Assembly (NCBI GenBank): GCA_951406725.2
Contig: OX597816.1
Span: 121,086,001-121,150,000 of the forward strand
Direction: 5' to 3'
DNA from: Octopus vulgaris
Lineage: Eukaryota
DNA length: 64,000 nt
The notes beneath the pieces were generated by a model. The model saw nothing but the letters and a program-made list of their open reading frames with translations, was not told the DNA's origin and did no database searches. A program made the position numbers and the translations under genes. This document shows positions 55,551 through 64,000 of the stretch, piece after piece (position 1 is the first letter of the stretch; each line of letters opens with the position of its first letter).

Positions 55551-55669
55551 TATAAAGTGAATAAACATCTTTAAAATTGCATTTTCAAACCTTCCTTCAT
55601 ATATATTTCCACTCGTGCGGTATCTTACAACTTTACTTTGTTATATACATATTCTTTTATAACTGTTAC

Positions 55670-56032
55670 ATGCGGCCGTGCTGGAGCAACACATTTAGAC
55701 GAGCAAATTGATCCCAGGACTTATTCTTTGTAAGCCTAGTACTTATTCTATCGGTTCCTTTTGCCGAACCTCTGCTACGGAGACATAAAGGCACCAGCAT
55801 CGGTTGTCAAGTGATGTTGGGGGTACAATCACAGACGCACAAACATACATATACATATATACTATATACGACGGGCTTCTTTCAGCTTCCGTCTATCAGA
55901 TCCACTCACAAGGCTTTTGGTCGGCCTGAGGCTATAGTGGAAGACACTTGCCCAAGGTGCCACACAGTGGGACTGAACCCGGAGCCATGTTGTTGGAAAG
56001 CAAGCTACTTATCACACAACCAATCCTGCGCC
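55670..56032 (-). mobile_element. SINE family A, near full-length
   Basis: Collinear with 35170-35605. Confidence 0.85.
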
Positions 56033-56109
56033 TATATGTGTGTGTATACGTATGCATGTGTGTGTGTACGTGTGTGTGTGTGTGTGTGTGTGTGTGTCTG
56101 TGTCTGTAT

Positions 56110-56315
56110 TTCTGTCCTCATCACCACTTGGCAACTAATGTTGGTGTATTTAAATTACTGCAACTTAGAAGTTCAGGAAAAGAAACTGATAGAATAAGTA
56201 CAAGGCTTAAAAAATTGGTCGTGCACACCATTTGTTCGACTAAAACACCGCAAGTTGATGCTCTAGCACGGCTGCAGTTAAATGACTGAAACAAGTAAAA
56301 GAATAAAAGAATAAA
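56110..56315 (+). mobile_element. SINE family A, 3' half in the opposite orientation
   Basis: Ends aaatgactgaaacaagtaaaagaataaaag. Confidence 0.75.
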
Positions 56316-57529
56316 AATATAGTCTTCAAGAAATAAATGCTAAATATTCTTCGCAGTCGACTCCGCTTTCTTAAAAAAAAATATGGTTCCTTAGATAATG
56401 TAGTTCGATATATATTATGTAGTAAAAAAGCGGAATTATCACGGCTCTGTTGCCTTTAATCATACACCAAATAGATCGGAAATGACTTGATTTAAACAAC
56501 AGCATCAACTTTACTATTAAAAAATGGTTTTAAAATAGCCTTGTCTCGTATATGCAAAGTTTAAAATTCAAGTACTTTAATATTTATACCGTGACTCTGG
56601 CAACCGTGGAGCTAGTGGTAGTTCAGCTCTGTAATTGTTACTAAAGAAATAAGCCTTACACTATTCAAATTAGTGTAAAGTTGTTGTTTTTTTACTACAA
56701 ATATCAAAGAAACACTCTTCACATATTAACTAAATAGTGTTTCACAACATATTTCAAAAAGATGAAAAATAAAAATAGTTGAAACAGTGAAATAATTCAA
56801 TGAGCACAATATGTTTTATGCCGAGTGGCCCAAAACATGCGTGAGGTTTTTCTTCAAATTCTATTGATTTTCTATAGAGGAAATATATGGGCATCCCACA
56901 TATTGAAAATTGTTTTGTATTACACATATCAAGGAAATTCTCTCTTTCTTCACACAAATAAAAGGACTGGTCTTTCACAACATATCAATGAAATAGCATT
57001 CTTTCACAAAACATCTAGGAACTTGTTTCGCACTATATTATCAAATTTGAGCTATAAAAATATTTTTACTGATTAGATAGATCCAAAATGTTGCTTAAAG
57101 TTTTGGTCATACACGTCGATATACGTGCATTAGAATTATTATAACAAGAATTTAAAAAAAAAGAACAGCCTTTACTTCTAACTACAGGCGCGTTTCCTTT
57201 TTTAAAAATTGTGTCCGCGTAGTTTTGGGAATAGTACTTATAACAGTAAATCATATTTGTATAGAAGCGCGTTCAATTCAAAATTACGATATTCGTGAAG
57301 ATGTAATATAATTATTGAAGAATTGCTTTCCTGCAGAGGTACGCTTCCGACAAATTATTTGGATATATTGCGGGTGACCTACAGGTTATGAGAAAAATTT
57401 ATAAAGAATATACGAAAAATGAAATCATTTATAAAAATATAATAAAAATGCGATCGCAGACATTGTTGCTTAGTAACATAATTTCATTCATATATTGGTA
57501 ACTATAAAAGTAGCATTGTAAAACGCTAA

Positions 57530-57649
<120 letters not shown>

Positions 57650-57861
57650 CAAATCAAAGAACAGTGTTTCGTTTTGCAACAATAATATACTAACAAACAT
57701 ATTACAGCTTTACAAGTCAATATTGTGTCTTTCTTTCGTGTTAGCAGTTTATCTCTATGGATTTTCTATAGAATTCAGAGCCAGCATTGCAAGTTGCCAT
57801 AATTTGTATGCGGATGGGTCTATGTAAACAGTGCAATCTAAGATTGAAAAAATAGGTAACG

Positions 57862-58572
57862 GGGGATCTTTTCTGCTTGGTTGCATCCGTTAAAATTTCA
57901 AAGTTTAGTGAAAATTTTATAATTTGGTGTATCGATGTAATTTTCCACGCTGAATCTCAGGAGCTAATTCACTTTTTCCAGAATTTATAAAAAAAAAAAA
58001 AGATTACATAGGTTTAAAATTTGATAATTTTTACTCAGTCAGAAAACAGGATTTGGCAGCTGTCATTTTGTGTGTGACTGCAAGTGTTCTCAACTGTAAA
58101 CAAATGAAATATTGGTGGAATTCTGATAGGATTTTTATTTTTTCAAAATTATCAGAAAATTTTTGCTAATTTGTAGTCTATACACGGGAATGCGTATGAT
58201 TATGCAAAAACCAAAACAAAAAAATTGGTGCGTGATTTAAGGCCTATTTAGCTATCATTTTTAGCACATCACACGACCACCTGTATTTTAAGTATTTAAT
58301 AAGCAAAAAATGACCACGTAGGCCAGCAGCTCCATAAGAGCTTGGCTTCTTGCTATGGAAACTGGAAGCTATATGTCTGCAGCTTTCGATTGGCTAAAAT
58401 AACCCCAAATTTGGAAACTTTAAAGGCTATTAACTCTTTATTTCTTGATTTATAGTGAAAATGAATTTCCTGTCAATGATTACCATACAAAACTACATCA
58501 ACACATCTAATATGAAATGAATTGGAACAAAAGTTACAGAAAGTGAAAAGTAACAGCCAAACAGAAACGATT
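57862..58572. mobile_element. Probable non-autonomous DNA transposon
   Basis: Imperfect inverted termini gatcttttctgcttggttg / cagccaaacagaaacgatt; AT-rich non-coding body. Confidence 0.4.
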
Positions 58573-58858
58573 TGTAACAGCTGCACATGCATATTTCAAA
58601 AGTTATGTTTTTTCATTAGTAGTATTTTATGGTTGCAAAACGAAATACTGGGTTCTTTCTACAAATTAATGCCTACGTATAAGTTGCTTGGAATGTGCTT
58701 AATATAAAAATTCGTCTATCCAACAGTTTTTTATCGCTAAACTTAGTGGGGAAGTAAGCAATGCCTTCGTGGATAGCTGATAGGTGGGCTGAGATGCTGG
58801 ACAGCGTACCTTGCTGTGCTGACTGTGAATTCTGTAAAAAACCTATCGAGATAAACTT

Positions 58859-58917
<59 letters not shown>

Positions 58918-58950
58918 TATATATATACATTATATATATGTATGTATGTA

Positions 58951-58984
<34 letters not shown>

Positions 58985-58995
58985 TATTATATAAG

Positions 58996-59067
<72 letters not shown>

Positions 59068-59383
59068 TATACTCACACACATACCCATATGCAAACCCAC
59101 ACACATATACACATGTACACACTTATGAGAAAGCGACATTGAAAAGCACTTTCGCATATCCAAGCTATGTGTTTGTGAGGGCGCGTTTGTGCGTGCGTGC
59201 ATGTATCTGTATATGTGTGTATGTGTGTATACGTGTGTATGTGTGTGTATGTATGTGTGAGGTTTTATACTTAGTTCTGTAATCTATTCTATATTTACAT
59301 GCAATTAAAAGTTGAAAGAAGTTCTATATAGAATCTGACATTTATGAATGAATGTGAACCTCAACGGATAAGACAAAAAAAGA

Positions 59384-59423
<40 letters not shown>

Positions 59424-59600
59424 CTGCATGAGAGAGAGTGAGAGCGAGAAAATGTGAGGGTGGGAGTGAGAGAGCAAGGAGCGGTTGAATATATAAATAA
59501 ATGTGTGTTTGTGTGTATGTACACACATGCATATACATACATACTTGTACACATACACACACACACACATATATTCTTATACATCGTATACATACATACG

Positions 59601-59640
<40 letters not shown>

Positions 59641-59661
59641 TATACATATATATACATATAC

Positions 59662-59772
<111 letters not shown>

Positions 59773-60140
59773 GGGAGGGAAGGAAGGAAGGAAGGAAAGA
59801 AGGAAGGAAGGAAGGAAGGAAGGAAGGAAGGAAGGAAGGACGAGAGAGTGAGATTTAGAGATAACGACAACAGATCATGATTAATGAGCCTGATGCTTCC
59901 TTACTAAATATAAAACCAGTTGTAAATATAGGCACACGAACTGACTCAGGGGAACTTATAAGGATTTCTGTATTTTTGCGTCTTAACATGTGTATCAGCG
60001 TATTTATATGCGTATGATATCTGAGTGCTCATTAAGTGTATGACATTGTATGTATGTATGTATGTATGTATGTATGCATGTATTTATGTATGCATGTATG
60101 TATATATGTATGTATGTATGTATGTATGCATGTATGTATG

Positions 60141-60171
<31 letters not shown>

Positions 60172-60370
60172 GGACGAATGGATGGAGGATATAAATTATT
60201 TAGTTTTATTTCTAGATCATTTTTGGCCAATGGACAAAGATCCGGTTTCTAACCTAAATCCTAGTCTCTTTCACTTGAATTTCAATATGTTCAGTAGTAA
60301 CAGAGTAACTATGCATGAATGGGTTCATATATGTATGTATTTGGAGTTAGTGCATGTGCGATGTATATAT

Positions 60371-60454
<84 letters not shown>

Positions 60455-60455
60455 G

Positions 60456-60645
60456 AAGTTAATCCAAGCAAGAAAGCACAACAACGCGAGGACGTGGAAC
60501 AAATATAGTATTATTGGACGCTCAGGGAAGGAAAGAAGGAAAGAAGGAGGGTTCAACGTTTCGAGCGGAGCTCTTCGTCGGAAACATAGGAGAAGGAAAG
60601 ATCTAGAGAAGGGAAAACAGAGGGAAAAAAATCGCCAACGGTACA
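60456..60645 (-). mobile_element. ~190-bp hammerhead-containing dispersed element, copy 3 (core mutated to CCGACGA)
   Basis: Homologous to 27042-27250; adjacent to (TA)n. Confidence 0.8.
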
Positions 60646-60706
60646 CACACACACACTGAAATGTTCTTTATAAAATTATTTTAGCATTTTCTATTTTGAC
60701 TTGTTT

Positions 60707-60837
<131 letters not shown>

Positions 60838-60842
60838 GAGAG

Positions 60843-61062
<220 letters not shown>

Positions 61063-61759
61063 CAAAACAGTTTGATTCAGACTCCTTTGTACTCTGAGTT
61101 TCAAGCGCGTGCTTAGTCTTCGGCCATTGGGGCTGACTGAGAGTTCGATTGAAGAGTCAATGTTTATTTCTGGACTTTAGCCTGCGATTGGTCGAGAAAG
61201 GTCATGTGGTATAGCAGTTTGATGTCGGTATTTCAGTGACAACAATTACTTGGAAAATATCGCATGGTGAGCAGGAAATCGACCGCGTGGTGGACAAGAA
61301 ATCGGTCGTGTGGTTGGGGGCAAGTAGGAAGTGGCGAAATACGTGGGGTTATATATGTATATATGGACATGTATGTTCCCATATATCTGCGTGTGTGCAT
61401 CCTTACTAATACGAGTGTGTATGTGTGCCAAGATGTACATTCATAGATCAGTGAGCGCGCGCATACACACACTCATACACACACACACACACACATGAAG
61501 ACCCACACGCACACACACGCGCGCACACATATATACACACAGAAGCAGACACATACATACACATGGACACGCACACACGCGTGCACGCCTTTAACGCCTT
61601 CTACAAATGCACACGAGCACACGCACAAGCGCGCGCACACACACGAGTGTGCACGTATACATACATGTACATGCACGGGTACACATGTATATGGGCGCCC
61701 ATATATATATATATATATATATTAATATACGTATATATACATATATATTCCAAACTACA

Positions 61760-61876
61760 TGGTTGCGGGTTCAGTCCCACCGCGTGGCACATTGGACAAG
61801 TGTCTTCTACTATAGCCTCGCACGGGCCAAAACCTTGTGAGTGGATTTGGTAGCCGGAAACTGAAAGAAGCCCGTC

Positions 61877-61916
<40 letters not shown>

Positions 61917-61943
61917 GTGTGTGTATATGTGTGTTTATATATG

Positions 61944-61990
<47 letters not shown>

Positions 61991-62215
61991 GTGTGTGTGT
62001 GTGTGTGTACGTGAGTATGTGTGAGTGTGTGTGTATTTGTGTGTCTTTGTCCTAACCCCATCGCTTGACAACCGATGCTGGTGTGTTTACGTCCCCGTAA
62101 CTTAGCGACTCGGCAAAAGAGACTTACAAAGAATAAGTCCCGGGGTAGATTTATTTGACTTAAGGCGGTGCTCTGGTATGGCCACAATCAAATGACTGAA
62201 GCTGGTAAAAGAAAA
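61760..62215 (+). mobile_element. SINE family A with expanded internal microsatellite
   Basis: gggttcagtcccaccgcgtggcac...gaagcccgtcg [TA/TG repeats] ...ccgatgctggtgtgtttacgtccccg...atgactgaa. Confidence 0.85.
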
Positions 62216-62236
62216 AAAAAGAATATATATATATTG

Positions 62237-62561
62237 CTGAGACCCCTTTTGGTCATGACTGTCCCTGGGATTGCACCTAGAAAGTTACCCACCGAGGCAC
62301 AAGTTTGGACAATGTTCTTTATGGAAGACCAGCATTCCGGCCTCCCTGCTCTATGCCACAAATGTTATCCAAGATAAAGGCAAAGGCCAATATATCCTGG
62401 CACCTGTAACGTCGCAACTCGTTTCTACAGCTAAGTGAACTGGAGCAATGTGAAATAGACTGTCTTGCTCAAGAACACAACACGCATCCCGGTCCGGGAG
62501 TCGAACTCACAACCTCACGATCGTAAGCTCGGCGCTCTAACCAGTGAATCATGCGCCTTCA
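62237..62561 (-). mobile_element. tRNA-derived SINE family C, full-length
   Basis: Minus-strand head gtgaaggcgcatg...tggttagagcg...gagttcgactcccgg (A/B boxes), then ttgagcaagac...ttgctccagttcact core. Confidence 0.8.
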
Positions 62562-62582
62562 CATACACATATACACAGAGAC

Positions 62583-62660
<78 letters not shown>

Positions 62661-62665
62661 CAAAG

Positions 62666-62738
<73 letters not shown>

Positions 62739-63839
62739 GATAGACATAGAAAGTGACTATATATGCATAAATGCTTGTACGTTTATATGCATATATAAAG
62801 ATTAATGCTTGTGTTGAAAGACGCATACATACATATGTACATACATACACACACATACATACATACATACACACATACATACATGCATAGACACATACAT
62901 ACATAATACATACGTACATACATAAATACATATATACATACATACAAACATACATACATTCATTCATACATACATACATACATACATACATACATACATA
63001 CATACATACATACATACATACATACAGATCTACCGTAATGGACATTCCTTTCAAGATGGTCAACGGGATTTCAACATTTTACTATAGACTTCAACCACTT
63101 TCTCTTTCTCTAATCCGCACTTCCTGTCTCTCTTATTCTCTTTCTATCGATCGATTTATCTATTTGCTTAATGTATGTATATGTGTGTACGTGTGTGAAT
63201 GTGTATGCTTGTGTTCGTGCTTGTGTGTATATGTAAGCATGTATGAATTGATGTATGTATGCATGTATAAATGAATGCAGATCTTTCTCTTTAGCATGTT
63301 ACGTCCACAACACCTGGCATTCGGAAACATGAAAGTGGTTGTGGAATATACAGTTCGTATAATAACAGCTTTGTTGAAACATTCCAGGTCAAGCTCCTCT
63401 GTGTAGCCTGGTAAACAAGAATATATAAAAATACAAGCAACAGCATTAGTAAGAATAACCACATCCGGTAATGCGACTACGACATAAACATTAGTGGTAA
63501 GGCACACAGGAAAGAGGGAAAATCCATTTTAGACATGCTAAATGTATTTAAAATTTTCAGGGACATCTACTATCATTATGAAAGCATTATCCTGATCGAC
63601 ATGTCAGCATACTAACTCCTCCGAGTTCTGTCACTGAATAATGACAGACAAAATTCATGACACTGAAACGGTGCAAACAACCATTTAAAATTCCAGATTC
63701 CTACTAAATCCACAAGATAATTGCTCATTCCTCGATGGAGAAAAATGAGAGATTCTATATTGCTGAACAGATATACTCCATTCCTTTCTTCAATTTCATT
63801 GACTAGGCTGCAGTTACGCTACCATATACTTTTCTCTCT

Positions 63840-64000
63840 GGCGCGAAATCCTCTTGCGATCAAACACTGCTAGAGACCTTGGAGTAACCGTTGATGACTT
63901 AGCTGGAGTGCTCGCATAAACAGCAAAATTGACGCGGACCGACGGTGTAAGGAATGCTCCTACCATTATCCTATTCTTCTCTACCTTCGCTCTTCCTCAC
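63840..64000 (+). mobile_element. CR1/L2-group LINE RT C-terminal fragment, runs off the window
   Basis: RDLGVTVDD, SWSARINSKI, LFSTFALPH. Confidence 0.6.

Noticed and set aside
58809-58830. Minus-strand 22-nt microexon candidate
   Set aside because: Not frame-preserving, opposite strand to the other candidates, and compatible with chance
62480-62561. tRNA gene
   Set aside because: The tRNA-like A/B boxes run straight into a SINE body and no clean cloverleaf is evident; the same applies to the family A and B heads

Overview
Eukaryotic, AT-rich, very microsatellite-dense DNA with no recognisable intact host gene. It looks intronic or intergenic. The repeat repertoire suggests an octopus genome (inferred from recognised repeats, not from a search). 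Almost all ORFs in the track are translations of simple repeats. The real content is decayed mobile DNA: three mariner remnants, a rosa/DD41D-like Tc1/mariner remnant, two non-autonomous Helitrons, at least three Penelope-like fragments, 3' fragments of HERO-like, R4/Dong-like, RTE and CR1/L2-like LINEs, several tRNA-derived SINE families and MITEs. Best leads: (1) a dispersed ~210-bp element in (TA)n arrays carrying a minimal hammerhead-ribozyme core (3 close copies plus related cores); (2) an apparently RT-less Penelope-type GIY-YIG element; (3) a strongly base-paired 3' UTR on the HERO-like LINE; (4) a Helitron carrying a retroelement ORF1-like fragment; (5) a mariner built from two inverted 5' ends. 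All family names come from motifs read by eye, and boundaries of decayed elements are approximate.
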